In this document: in pieces, positions 36,901-46,789 of the stretch
How the letters are laid out: the number at the start of each line of letters is the position of its first letter
Position numbering within the stretch: position 1 is the stretch's first letter
Virus record (IMG/VR): IMGVR_UViG_3300027749_002876
Coordinates: 124,001-188,000 of that record
DNA length: 64,000 nt
Strand: one strand, 5' to 3'
Translations under genes and position numbers: made by a program
The notes under the pieces: model-generated
Told to the model about the DNA's origin: nothing
What the model saw: the letters and a program-made list of their open reading frames with translations, nothing else
Databases searched by the model: none

Positions 36901-39900
36901 CCAAAGTAACCATTTTTAATAGTAATAGAATTTAATGTTGGTGCACTGTATACGAAATATCCTTCACCTGCAATAATTCCATTGAATGAATTCGTGAATT
37001 CAATATCATCGTCAACAACTAATCCATGATTAGTACTAAATGTAATTGTTTTACCACCAGCAATAGTAGTAACTGATAATACAGTACCACCATTTAAGTA
37101 ACTAGCAGTTAAATTAGATACCGATGTAACATTAGCTGCCGGGTGAATGAATAAACCTTGACTGATGTTATCAACATATTCTTTTGTTGCCGCATCTGTT
37201 GGTGTAGTAGGTAATGCAAGACTTGTAATTCTTACACTACCCACATCAACTGTACCAGTACCAAAAGTGTGCAAGTTGATATTTGTATTACCAGTTTGCT
37301 GAGAATAAATGTCTAATGCACCAACATTAGATGTTAGAGTTGGTGAGTATAATGCACCTGCATTAACATTACCAGTAGCATCAATATAACCTGTTACGTT
37401 TGCGCCAAGTTCAGATACAACAATAATATTAGCAAAACCGTTTGCACTAAAAGCAATATTACTATCTTGGAAGATTGCTATGTTTGATGTTCCATTTGCT
37501 AATATACCATACAAGTAATTAGCACTGACAATATTTGCAGTTACGTTACCAGATGCAGTAAAGTGGTTAGCAGATGCTAAATTACCTAAATTAGCATTTA
37601 GTGATGTTAAGTTACCAGTAAAGTTACCATAACCCGTAATATTAGCACCAGTTGGTGTTATTATTACTGTTGTGTTTCCACCTGCTGTTACACCAACGTT
37701 ACCATTATTTGCAATAGTTACATTAGATGAACCGTTAACTAATACACCAGTGAAGTAATTGGCAGATGCCAAGTTACCTAAATTAGCATTCAATGATGTT
37801 AAGTTGCCACTAAAGTTAGCAACATTACCAGTCAATATATTTGCCACTGTTGCATTGTTTGCTGTCAAATTACCAGTTACATTAGCAGTCAATGCTGTTA
37901 ATGTATCACTGATGTTTGCATTGTTAGCAGATGCTAAATTACCTAAATTAGCATTTAATGATGTTAGATTACCACTGAAATTAGCGACATTACCGGTTAA
38001 CAGATTTGTTACTGTTGCATTGTTTGCACTTAAATTACCAGTTACATTAGCTTGAGCCGCTGTAAGAGCTGTTGTAATATTAGCATTAACTGATGTAAGA
38101 TTTGCTGTTACATTTGCATTGTTGGCTGTTAAATTACCAGTTACATTAGCTTGGGCCGCTGTAAGAGCTGTTGTAATGTTAGCATTAGCTGATGTAAGAT
38201 TTGCTGTTACATTTGCATTGTTGGCTGTTAAATTACCAGTTACATCAGCAGTTAATACTGTTAATGTAGCACTGATATTTGCATAGTTAGCAGTTAACAA
38301 GTTACCAGCTGAAATATTACCAGCTGAAATATTACCTGATACACTGAACGCATTAGCATTTAACGTATTAATATTTGCAATGTTTGCAATCAATGTGTTT
38401 GTTACATTAGCATTACTTGTTGTCAACAATGTTGTTACATTGGCATTACTTGTTGTCAACAATGTTACGATGTTTGCGCTATTTGCTGTTAAAACGTCAG
38501 TTATGTTTGCGTTAGCAGATACTAGATTGCCAGAGAAATTAGCAAAGTTTGCTGTTATTAAATTACCTAAATTAGCATTACCGGATGTGATATTACCGTT
38601 AATATTTGCTACGTTTGCAAGAATTGTTCCTAGAACGTTAGCATTATTAGATTGTAAGTTACTAGAAACTTGCAAGAAGTTAACAATTGCATAATTACCT
38701 AAGTTAGCATTACCTGCTGTCAAGTTTGCACTAATGTTAGCGTATTGTGTTTCTAAGAACTGTGCAATGTTTGCATTACCTGCATACAAGTTGCCAGTTA
38801 TGTTTGCTGTGCTTGCATTAATATTACCAGAAATATTTGCAGTGTTTGCATTTAATATTCCAAAGTTTCCATAATTAGCTGTTGCTAAATTACCTAAATT
38901 AGCATTTAGTGCAACGATATTACCAGAAAAGTTTGCTGTATTACCAGAAAGTGCTAGGTTAACTTTTAAGTTAGTTGTTGCATTGATATTACCGGGACTT
39001 GTAAATGAACCGTCTTGTGCAAATGTCCAAGTATTAGCAATTGAACCACCTGTACCAACTTGTACAGTTACATTACCACCACGATTTTGGTATAAATCTG
39101 TTTGACTTCCACCTAATGTAAGTCCAGAACCACCAAATGTTCCACCAACAATTTGTGAAGCACCACCTAATTCTACTTGACCACTTGGTTTAAATTGTGT
39201 TGCGTTGCCAGCTGAGTAGATTGCTACGATACCACTACCGTTGCCCATACCAATACTTGTATTAGCTGTTATATTAACTATGTTTTCAGTTTGTACGTTT
39301 CCAGCTGTTACTAAGTTACCACCAGTGACGTTACCACTAAAATTACCAACGTTACCGTTTAAGGCGCCGCTGATATTTGCAGTGCCAGTAACATTTAATG
39401 TTTGAGTAGCATAATCAAACGTAAAGTTTGCGCTTGCGCCAAAATTGTTACTACCGTCATTGTATTGAATCTGTGTATTTGCACCGGCAGCTTCTTGTAA
39501 ATCCCAAGGTTGACCGTTTGCATATAATAGATTGTTTGTACGAACATTGCCAGCTTGCATTGTATCTGTAACATTAATATTACTTGATGCGTTAACAAAG
39601 TTAGCTGTTGCTAAATTGCCTAAGTTAGCATTTGTTGATATGATGTTACCATTAACATTTAGATATCCAACTACATTTGCGCCTGTTGTAGTAACAACTA
39701 ATGTTGTATTACCACCTGCAGTAAGATTAATATTACCATTTGCTGTAGGGATGCTTAAATTACTAGTACCGTTGCTCACACCAGACGTGTTTAGTCCTGT
39801 TAATTGACTACCATTACCAATAAAGTAACCAGCAGTGATGTTAGCAGTAGATGTTAAATTACCACCAATAACTACTTGCCCGGTTCCATTAGGATTAATG

Positions 39901-40520
39901 TTTAAATTTGCATTAGTATCGGTACCTGCAATATTAGAACCTGAAATTTGAAGGTTGCCAATATCAGTACCACTTGGTAAATTTGTTACACCTGTTAAAC
40001 CAACATATCTGTAACCAACAATATAAAGAACTTTACCAGCAGTCAATGCCGCAGGGATAGTTTCACCAATGAAGTTTAATACACCAGATTCATAATTATA
40101 ATAATATTGACCAGTGCCGCCTGAACCATCAGCAAAGATTTGTGTACCTGTAACCGTTGGGTTTGCGGCGCCAGAAGTATCGACCCACACTTGAACCACA
40201 TAGGTAGCGCCAAATTCTTGTGGAATCCAGTTAGTTAATTGAGTTTCCCAAGTTGGGTATATACCACCAACTGGTACTGTTGTGTTATCTGCAATAGTTT
40301 CTACAGCAGTTGCACCAACGTATGCTTGAACAATACTTGTTACTGCGGCAGCTGGATTGGGAATTGCATCTGCTTGTGTCCAAGCAGTGTCTCCGCGATT
40401 TAGTGCGGGGCTAGGAATTGATTCGTTACTAGGACTTTTATTTTGTGCAGTGTCAGTTTTAGTGACACCAAACGCTTGTTTGTATAATAAGTCAACGATT
40501 TGTGCTTGTGATACGGCCAT
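33915..40520 (-). CDS. giant (2201 aa) repeat-rich fibre/appendage protein
   Basis: ANLGNL repeats, DAATKEYVD, RVLVQGQ...NGIY, WVLTR. Confidence 0.75.
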   Translation of the reverse strand: MAVSQAQIVDLLYKQAFGVTKTDTAQNKSPSNESIPSPALNRGDTAWTQADAIPNPAAAVTSIVQAYVGATAVETIADNTTVPVGGIYPTWETQLTNWIPQEFGATYVVQVWVDTSGAANPTVTGTQIFADGSGGTGQYYYNYESGVLNFIGETIPAALTAGKVLYIVGYRYVGLTGVTNLPSGTDIGNLQISGSNIAGTDTNANLNINPNGTGQVVIGGNLTSTANITAGYFIGNGSQLTGLNTSGVSNGTSNLSIPTANGNINLTAGGNTTLVVTTTGANVVGYLNVNGNIISTNANLGNLATANFVNASSNINVTDTMQAGNVRTNNLLYANGQPWDLQEAAGANTQIQYNDGSNNFGASANFTFDYATQTLNVTGTANISGALNGNVGNFSGNVTGGNLVTAGNVQTENIVNITANTSIGMGNGSGIVAIYSAGNATQFKPSGQVELGGASQIVGGTFGGSGLTLGGSQTDLYQNRGGNVTVQVGTGGSIANTWTFAQDGSFTSPGNINATTNLKVNLALSGNTANFSGNIVALNANLGNLATANYGNFGILNANTANISGNINASTANITGNLYAGNANIAQFLETQYANISANLTAGNANLGNYAIVNFLQVSSNLQSNNANVLGTILANVANINGNITSGNANLGNLITANFANFSGNLVSANANITDVLTANSANIVTLLTTSNANVTTLLTTSNANVTNTLIANIANINTLNANAFSVSGNISAGNISAGNLLTANYANISATLTVLTADVTGNLTANNANVTANLTSANANITTALTAAQANVTGNLTANNANVTANLTSVNANITTALTAAQANVTGNLSANNATVTNLLTGNVANFSGNLTSLNANLGNLASANNANISDTLTALTANVTGNLTANNATVANILTGNVANFSGNLTSLNANLGNLASANYFTGVLVNGSSNVTIANNGNVGVTAGGNTTVIITPTGANITGYGNFTGNLTSLNANLGNLASANHFTASGNVTANIVSANYLYGILANGTSNIAIFQDSNIAFSANGFANIIVVSELGANVTGYIDATGNVNAGALYSPTLTSNVGALDIYSQQTGNTNINLHTFGTGTVDVGSVRITSLALPTTPTDAATKEYVDNISQGLFIHPAANVTSVSNLTASYLNGGTVLSVTTIAGGKTITFSTNHGLVVDDDIEFTNSFNGIIAGEGYFVYSAPTLNSITIKNGYFGAEVTTLTNATGLTQPALGNGGVGATLTNSGAQAALTIDNTLMTVGARVLVQGQTNQIENGIYDVTTVGTGATNWVLTRSSDGDSYQPKSAVALCTGSFFFIMDGAIYAGSSYVLTAPPGEIHIGTSNIVFSQFSAAGQYTGSNGISVIGTLITANVDNITTEINGGNIIVKANAAFTTPNLGAATGTSVDLTGNVQAANINSNGVVFTNTLSVTTSANVGSLSVTGNSTTNNLSITNEFTANSGNVSGNLVVGNLTVNGSSSLTGNFTANNITANNALSSNTANITNGLIAGNVTSNNLTSTRVTLAGTAGILTDSANLTFVADTLSTVNANLSGNVIASNVTSNNLTSTRVTLAGTAGILTDSANLTFVADTLSTVNANLSGNAIAANLTSNNLTSTRVTFAGTGGILNDSANLTFVADTLSTVNANLSGNVIASNVTSNNLTSTYVTFAGTGGVLTNSANLTFVANTLSTVNANLTGNAIAANLTSNGLTSTRITFAGTGGLLTDSANLTFVTNTLSTVNANLSGNVVAANLTSNALTATYVTYAGTGGLLAGNSQFTYAAIGDLLSVGNANVGSYANVGTLVNSPNVEVTSLVAGRITFADTNGLLVDNSNLTYDSFWNSLSTGMGNFTANLVAANLSSNNLSNGRVTFSNTGGQLVDASTFTYNGVTDLLVVGNANIGAYANVATLVKTPNAQVTSLTSGRVTLAGTGGVLSDSGNLTFSTDTLTAYNANVTANLNVGNNISATGNITAGNIATTGTANISTANIGTLSVTGTSNLGPVSNVTITGGTSGYVLRTDGNGVLSWIAINSAGISNGTSNVSIPVANGNIEFSVAGNANVVTFTGTGANINGYLSVSGNVSGGNLSTTGEIAANTANISTFVKLGNTNIQWGTATTTSITAGQVIASVPVSGITGVEFLVKGVDAAGGKYSIATVQTVTDGATVADYATFGTVLVNGAPTGTLSVVLSGGNIQLQVTPASSNSTVWTTQFRTI
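35230..36020 (-). repeat. in-frame 144-nt (48-aa) tandem repeat, about 5-6 copies
   Basis: NLTSTRVTLAGTAGILTDSANLTFVADTLSTVNANLSGN recurring at 144-nt period. Confidence 0.85.
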
Positions 40521-40522
40521 GA

Positions 40523-43069
40523 TTAGTTACTCGCAGTTTGTAATGATAATGCAGTCACAGATTGACCGCTTGTTAATGCTATTCTTATATAAATTTCGTT
40601 TGTTGCAGTACCTGAACTACTTACAGTACCAAAAGTAGCAGTTACTGCCTTATTAGTTTGTGCAGAATTTAATGGTGCAACACCACCTAATGCACATCCA
40701 TCAGATCCGTTACCACCTGATCCAATATTTTGACCAGGGGCGCCTGAACCTGCATATGCAACATTCATATTTACCCAGCCATTAGCGCCGGATGTTGCGT
40801 CAATGATACTTCCCGGTAATGCTACCCATAAACCGGCAATTGTACCTGTCCATTTAACATCAAATTTAGAAACAGATGTTCGAACAACTTTAAACGTAAA
40901 GTATTGTGTACCACTACGACCTGTACTTAAGTTGGGACCAACTGGTAAGTAACCGGTTGAATAATTAGTTTGATCGTGTTTTAATATGTTTGCAACAACA
41001 GTGCTATCGTATGCTTGTAATGGACCAGTCTGACTGTTAAATGCAGCCTCACTACCTGTAAACGACGGAGTATTTCCTGAACCTGGATTAGCAATTCTAA
41101 ACGCTAGACCAGAACCACTACCAACTGTTGAACCAATGAATACATTTGCTTCTTCAATTCTAGTTGCAGAACTTACAGTGCCTGTTTTGTACAACACGTT
41201 TGCTCCAGTACTGAATGTTTGTGTTCCTGTAGCATAACTGTTTAGTGCGCTTAGTGAAGGGGCACCAGAACTTGCACCAAATCCAGAAATAATAGTTGAA
41301 TTTGTATTAGCTGTTAAGCTACCAGAAGCAACATATAAATTCTGTGCTAGAGGAGTACCAACTCCTGCTGTCGTGTATGTTACACTTGTAGGGGTACCAA
41401 ATGCACCACCTGCTGTACCAGTAATAAATGTATCACTTACTGGATACATATTACCCGATAAACGATTTACGTTAAATGCTAAGTTGAATGCATTCGTACT
41501 ATCATAGTGGGGAACTGTACTTGAATACGCATAGTTTGGTGAGCCCGGTGCAGTAATACTTGTTGAACTAAACTGAGGTGTACCCGGAGTACTTGAGTCA
41601 TAGAACCAATAAGGAATGTTAGTGCTTGTTGCGGCACTATCTGCAATATATACTTCGTTCCAACCTTGGCCAACCGTTCCACTAGCTCTAGCAGAGAATA
41701 CACTCCAGAAGCCTGCAGGAACATTTGCATTGGCAACATTGTAATCAAAGTTATTGAATATAACCAAATTACTATAAGTTCCGTTACCATCAAGATTTGC
41801 AGTTAGTGTTCTAGAACCTGCAAGTGATCCGTTTAGATATGTAGCAATTGTACCGCTATCTCCAGGACCCACTGTACTAATATTTGATGTTGAATAACCA
41901 CTTGCTCTTAATACACTTGATACGGTTGTTCCACCTGCTACACCTTTGTTTGCACCTGACGTGTTATCAGTCTGCGTATAGTTAGCCATACGATATGTTG
42001 ACAAACTTCCAATACTTAGTGTTTGTCCACCTGGGAAGTTTGATGGTGAGTTAGGAACTAATTTTCCTAAAACATTGTTTAATAATGCAATAGCATTTGA
42101 TACTGATGAACTGTTTGTTAGTGTTACTGCATTACTTACTAGATTACCTTGAGTTGGATCACCTAATTGTAAACCTGTGCTACCACCTACTGTATTTGCA
42201 ATAACAACTAAACCAGTACCATTTGGTGACAAGTCTAAGTTAGCATTGCTTGCTGTTGAAATAACACCATCTTCAATTGTAGCGTTACCGGTAGCAGTAA
42301 GATTTCCACCAACTGTTACTCCTGTACTAGCAACAACAAATACGTTTGCTTGACCAGCTACGCCAAATAGAATGTTACCGTCTACAGTTGGAATACTGAT
42401 GTTTGAAGTACCATTACTAATACCTGATGTGTTTAATCCCGTTAAATAAGCACCATTACCTAAGATAAAGTTGCCAGTGACATTACCTGTTGCACTAACT
42501 TGACCAATGGTTGTAATATTTCCACCAGAAACATTACTTGTAGCAGATACAATACCACCTGTAAATAAATTAGCACCAGTAACGTTACCAGTTGCAGTAA
42601 TTAATGTTGTGCCGATGTTTCCAATGTTTGCGTTACTTGATATGTTTGCAAAACTAACCGTCAACAAGTTACCAGCATCTACGTTACCTGCAACTAAGTT
42701 ACCAGTTAAGTTTCCTGTAACACCGTAGAATCCAGTAGCGCCAATATTGCCAACGTTGGCATTACCTGATACGCTAAAGAGTCCTGTGACATTTGCACCT
42801 GTACCACTTACAAGCAATACATTTGCATTACCGGTTGAAGATAGTTGTATGGCACCATTAGCTACAATAACTATATTAGAGTTACCGTTAATAAAATTAC
42901 CAGTAAAGTTGTTAGATGTAGTTAAATTTCCTAAATTAGCATTTAGGGCAGTAAGATTACCGATAAAATTAGCAGTATTACCTGTAATGTTACCAGTATT
43001 ACTGATTATGACCGTTGGCGATTCCCCTACTGAGAAACCGCTTACCGAATTAAATGGTTGTAGTGCCAT
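40523..43069 (-). CDS. virion structural protein
   Basis: N-terminal GNV repeats followed by a S/T/G-rich beta domain. Confidence 0.7.
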   Translation of the reverse strand: MALQPFNSVSGFSVGESPTVIISNTGNITGNTANFIGNLTALNANLGNLTTSNNFTGNFINGNSNIVIVANGAIQLSSTGNANVLLVSGTGANVTGLFSVSGNANVGNIGATGFYGVTGNLTGNLVAGNVDAGNLLTVSFANISSNANIGNIGTTLITATGNVTGANLFTGGIVSATSNVSGGNITTIGQVSATGNVTGNFILGNGAYLTGLNTSGISNGTSNISIPTVDGNILFGVAGQANVFVVASTGVTVGGNLTATGNATIEDGVISTASNANLDLSPNGTGLVVIANTVGGSTGLQLGDPTQGNLVSNAVTLTNSSSVSNAIALLNNVLGKLVPNSPSNFPGGQTLSIGSLSTYRMANYTQTDNTSGANKGVAGGTTVSSVLRASGYSTSNISTVGPGDSGTIATYLNGSLAGSRTLTANLDGNGTYSNLVIFNNFDYNVANANVPAGFWSVFSARASGTVGQGWNEVYIADSAATSTNIPYWFYDSSTPGTPQFSSTSITAPGSPNYAYSSTVPHYDSTNAFNLAFNVNRLSGNMYPVSDTFITGTAGGAFGTPTSVTYTTAGVGTPLAQNLYVASGSLTANTNSTIISGFGASSGAPSLSALNSYATGTQTFSTGANVLYKTGTVSSATRIEEANVFIGSTVGSGSGLAFRIANPGSGNTPSFTGSEAAFNSQTGPLQAYDSTVVANILKHDQTNYSTGYLPVGPNLSTGRSGTQYFTFKVVRTSVSKFDVKWTGTIAGLWVALPGSIIDATSGANGWVNMNVAYAGSGAPGQNIGSGGNGSDGCALGGVAPLNSAQTNKAVTATFGTVSSSGTATNEIYIRIALTSGQSVTALSLQTASN

Positions 43070-43105
43070 GTTATTATCCTTGTTATATTATATTTATCAT
43101 TTTGG

Positions 43106-45151
43106 TCAAATATCATATGATTGAATCGATATTTTGTGTACTATATTATGGTTCGTTGTCGGAGTGACATACAGAACAAATTGTGGTGTGACAGAAACAT
43201 TACCCGGCAAATAAGCCATTGAATAGTATCCTGTAGCACCGTTAACAGCCAGTGTGCTGTATTCGTTATACTGGTAAGCTTCACCTAAAAAGATTGAAGA
43301 TATTTTACTTACCTGTCTTGTGTTTGCACTAGTATCAGTTGCAATGATTGTAAAATCTGCACCTGATATTGTATTTGCCTTAATAGAATACAACTCTTGT
43401 GTTGAATTACTACTGGTTATTGCAAAGAATACATTAGAGCGAGAAAAAGCGTACCCGCCTGATCCTAATGTTAATGTGTTCGCAATTAAATTACCTGCTA
43501 CTTGAACGTTATTGGTATTTTCATTGAACGTAAAGAAAGAACTACCATTGAACAAGCCCTGGTCATTATATTGTATTTGTGTATTGGCTCCGCCTGGACT
43601 TCCATTTCCACCGCCTCCGCCTGCACTCCAACTTAGATTTCCTGTACCATCAGTCTGTAATACTTGACCGTTCGTTCCACCTTGAATATGTAAATTTGAG
43701 ATTGAACCTAAATTTACATTTGGAGACATTGATGCATTAATATTACTTGATGCTGTCAATATACCATTAATATTAGTTGTGTATAAATTTGCAGTAGTGT
43801 TTACTGTTAATGAATTGGCAATAGAAACAGTAGTTGTATTAATAGTAGGTACTGCTAATACATAACTGAAGGGATTAAACGTGAAGTTTGCGCTTGCTCC
43901 AAAAGTACCGTTATCGTTAAACTGAACTTGCGTAGTATTACCACCTGGTGTTCCATTTCCGCCACCACCACCTGCACTCCAACTTAAATTTCCTGCACCA
44001 TCTGTACGTAAAAAGTATCCTGAGATACCACCACCAATATGAATATTAGCTACACTGCCCAATGTTACATTTGGTGCGGCTGTAAAGTTTACATTACCAA
44101 AAGAAGTAATAGTACCAGTATTAGTTACAGTAACTATACCTGATAAATTAATAGTTCCAGTAATGTTTGCATTTAATGCATTAAAGTATTGATTTGCAGT
44201 AACATTGGCACCAATAATATTGGCTGTTGCTGTAACATTACCTGAAGTAACTACATCAAGTAATGTACCAACACTTGTAATATTTGGTTGACTACTTACG
44301 GTAACATTGCCTGCATAGTTAGCAAAGTTAGCTAATGGTGTGTAATTTGCATTACCAACACCGGTTAAAAATGCGCCATTGCCATAATAGAAATTAGCTG
44401 TAGCAATATTTCCTAAATTACTATTACCTGCTGTTATATTTCCAGTAACACTTAAACTAGTTAATGTGCCAACTGAAGTAATATTTGGTTGAGCATTAGT
44501 TGTTACTGTTCCTGCTGTATTGGCATTCCCGTAAAATCTACCAGTAAAATAGTTTGCAACAGCACTATTTCCTAAATTACTATTGCCTGCAACACTTAAG
44601 CTAGTTAATGTACCAACGCTTGTTATATTTGGTTGACTACTTACAGTAATATTACCGGCATAGTTAGCAAAATTTGCAGATGATGCTGATATACCAGTTA
44701 ACTGGCTACCATTACCTATTAGATAATTTGCTGTAACATTGCCATTGGCATTTATATTAGCAATAGTTATGTTGCCGGTACCAATGAAGTTATTAGATAT
44801 GATGTTACCGGAGACAGATAAAATATTGTTTATGCTGTCATATGTAAATCCGGCGTCGCCTCCAAAGTTTCCGGCGTTATTATATTGAACTTGTGTATTG
44901 GCGCCGCCTGGACTTCCATTTCCACCTCCACCATTACCACCGGGCGCCCAAGTTAATCTGCCTTCACCGTCTGTTTGTAGGAAATATCCGTTCTCACCAC
45001 CTAAGATGATTACATTACCAATTGATCCTAAGTTTGATAATCCTGTTACTTGTAAGCCGTTTAGGGTGGCTACGCCGTTATCATTTATAACTAGTATCGG
45101 TGGTATACCTACTGATAATCCACCAACTAAACCAAAAGGTTCAAATGCCAT
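43106..45151 (-). CDS. virion fibre-like protein
   Basis: Three TDGxGxLxW...PGGxxTQ(V/I)Q(Y/F)N modules. Confidence 0.7.
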   Translation of the reverse strand: MAFEPFGLVGGLSVGIPPILVINDNGVATLNGLQVTGLSNLGSIGNVIILGGENGYFLQTDGEGRLTWAPGGNGGGGNGSPGGANTQVQYNNAGNFGGDAGFTYDSINNILSVSGNIISNNFIGTGNITIANINANGNVTANYLIGNGSQLTGISASSANFANYAGNITVSSQPNITSVGTLTSLSVAGNSNLGNSAVANYFTGRFYGNANTAGTVTTNAQPNITSVGTLTSLSVTGNITAGNSNLGNIATANFYYGNGAFLTGVGNANYTPLANFANYAGNVTVSSQPNITSVGTLLDVVTSGNVTATANIIGANVTANQYFNALNANITGTINLSGIVTVTNTGTITSFGNVNFTAAPNVTLGSVANIHIGGGISGYFLRTDGAGNLSWSAGGGGGNGTPGGNTTQVQFNDNGTFGASANFTFNPFSYVLAVPTINTTTVSIANSLTVNTTANLYTTNINGILTASSNINASMSPNVNLGSISNLHIQGGTNGQVLQTDGTGNLSWSAGGGGGNGSPGGANTQIQYNDQGLFNGSSFFTFNENTNNVQVAGNLIANTLTLGSGGYAFSRSNVFFAITSSNSTQELYSIKANTISGADFTIIATDTSANTRQVSKISSIFLGEAYQYNEYSTLAVNGATGYYSMAYLPGNVSVTPQFVLYVTPTTNHNIVHKISIQSYDI

Positions 45152-45248
45152 TGTTCATCCTAAATTTATGTGATATGTTATTTATCAATAAATATGAATC
45201 ATTGCCACAGAAAAAAACACCCAGGTGTGCTTTTTTATTAAATAACCC

Positions 45249-45614
45249 ATGCTTACAAGACAGCCAAACAGACCCTTATGTACAAATTGCAATGCATCAT
45301 TGGCCAAACCAAATGGTGTTAGTAAGCACGGCTTTACCAAATGGCACAAGTATTGTGTTGACTGTGCTAAGGGTGCATATAACAACAAGTACGGCTACTT
45401 ATTATATAAAAAAAACAAATGCGAGAACTGTGATTTTGTACCAGAAGATAAATGTCAGTTAGATATTATCTATAAAGATAATAATAAAAAGAATAAGGAT
45501 AAAAGAAATCTAAAAACACTATGCGCCAACTGTAATAGAATACTTCAAAAGAAATTAAAAGAAAAGCGTAAGAGTATTTTAGATATCACAAGTGATACTG
45601 ACTATACTCTTTAA
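45249..45614 (+). CDS. Zn-finger/HNH-like protein, apparently catalytically degenerate
   Basis: CxxC pairs; QLDIIYKDNN...NLKTLCANCNR lacks the HNH histidines. Confidence 0.6.
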   Translation: MLTRQPNRPLCTNCNASLAKPNGVSKHGFTKWHKYCVDCAKGAYNNKYGYLLYKKNKCENCDFVPEDKCQLDIIYKDNNKKNKDKRNLKTLCANCNRILQKKLKEKRKSILDITSDTDYTL

Positions 45615-45994
45615 TAACTTTTTTCTTCAATGATATCACTACCAACTATTAGATTGATATCACGTTTAATCTTAGCACGTAAATCATTTTTTAAATAAAC
45701 TTGTCTAGCAAGTTGAACAAATTCTTCATTAAATTTTTGCTCACTTTCATGTTTACGTTTTGAATCTTCTATGTCCCATAGTTGATTGTTCACATGATAT
45801 AATTGCTGAAACAAAGGACCAGTGTCAGCAAGTTGGTTTAGAGTTAATATTCTACTATGTATATCAATCAATTGATCTAATTCTTTAAGAACATTCTTTA
45901 GTTTAATTGGATCTTGAATACGTTCTTGTTTGATTTGTAGTATAGTAATCTTGTCTATTAATTCACCCACTGATATTGGAGCATGTATAATCAT
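45611..45994 (-). CDS. DUF6165-like protein
   Basis: APISVGELIDKITILQIK...LWDIED...EEKSY. Confidence 0.7.
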   Translation of the reverse strand: MIIHAPISVGELIDKITILQIKQERIQDPIKLKNVLKELDQLIDIHSRILTLNQLADTGPLFQQLYHVNNQLWDIEDSKRKHESEQKFNEEFVQLARQVYLKNDLRAKIKRDINLIVGSDIIEEKSY

Positions 45995-45998
45995 ACTA

Positions 45999-46706
45999 TT
46001 ATATAGCACGTACTTTAGCTAACCTAAAGAATTTAAAAATTGATATCCATATCCATCCAATGTCAAACTCAAACCAACGACGGCTCAGTTTAGGATTAGC
46101 AGGATCTAAGTGATGATTGTTATGTAATTCTTCTCCCCCAATCAATATACCCCATGGACTTACATTGTGTGAATGGTCTTTGGTTTCACCATTGCGATAA
46201 CCCCACCAGTGACCAACACCGTTGATAAAACCAGCTGCCCAGAATGGAATCCAAATCATTTGTACGCCCCAAATTAAGAAGCCCCAATAACCAAACAATA
46301 ATAAGTCTATGGCTAACATTAAAAGAATACCGTATCGACTGTACGGAGTGTATAGATTACGTTCAATCCAGTCTTTAGGAGTTCCCATGCCATAATTCAT
46401 AATCATATTGGCATCGCGTCCTGCTTGGTTATAGTATTTGACTCCACCTAATACTAATTGCCATATTCCATATATATGAGGACTATGTGGGTCTCCCTCT
46501 ATATCTGTATTTTGATGGTGCTTACGATGTATTGCTACCCATTGCTTAGTGGTCATGCCAGTTGTCGTCCACAACCAAAAACGCATAAAGTGACTTAAGA
46601 CAGGATGAAACTCTACTCCACGATGTGCCTGACTTCTATGTAGATATAGTGTGACACACAATATAGTAACATGAGTAGCTATTAATATATATAATAATTC
46701 GTTCAT
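45999..46706 (-). CDS. fatty acid desaturase (DesA-like)
   Basis: YLHRSQAHR, HRKHH, GEELHNNHH, EFDIGW. Confidence 0.92.
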   Translation of the reverse strand: MNELLYILIATHVTILCVTLYLHRSQAHRGVEFHPVLSHFMRFWLWTTTGMTTKQWVAIHRKHHQNTDIEGDPHSPHIYGIWQLVLGGVKYYNQAGRDANMIMNYGMGTPKDWIERNLYTPYSRYGILLMLAIDLLLFGYWGFLIWGVQMIWIPFWAAGFINGVGHWWGYRNGETKDHSHNVSPWGILIGGEELHNNHHLDPANPKLSRRWFEFDIGWIWISIFKFFRLAKVRAI

Positions 46707-46724
46707 TGTATATTTATGCTCAAC

Positions 46725-46749
46725 AAAAAAGGCTCCGTAGAACCTTTTT
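46725..46749. terminator. probable intrinsic terminator
   Basis: AAAAAAGGCTC-CGTA-GAACCTTTTT hairpin with A/T tails. Confidence 0.55.
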
Positions 46750-46789
46750 ATTATTTACTATTGTTGTTTAACCGTAGGCTGCGGCTATA

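Noticed and set aside
29511-45173. Long plus-strand ORFs opposite the fibre genes
   Set aside because: Antisense shadows caused by repetitive, biased codon usage.
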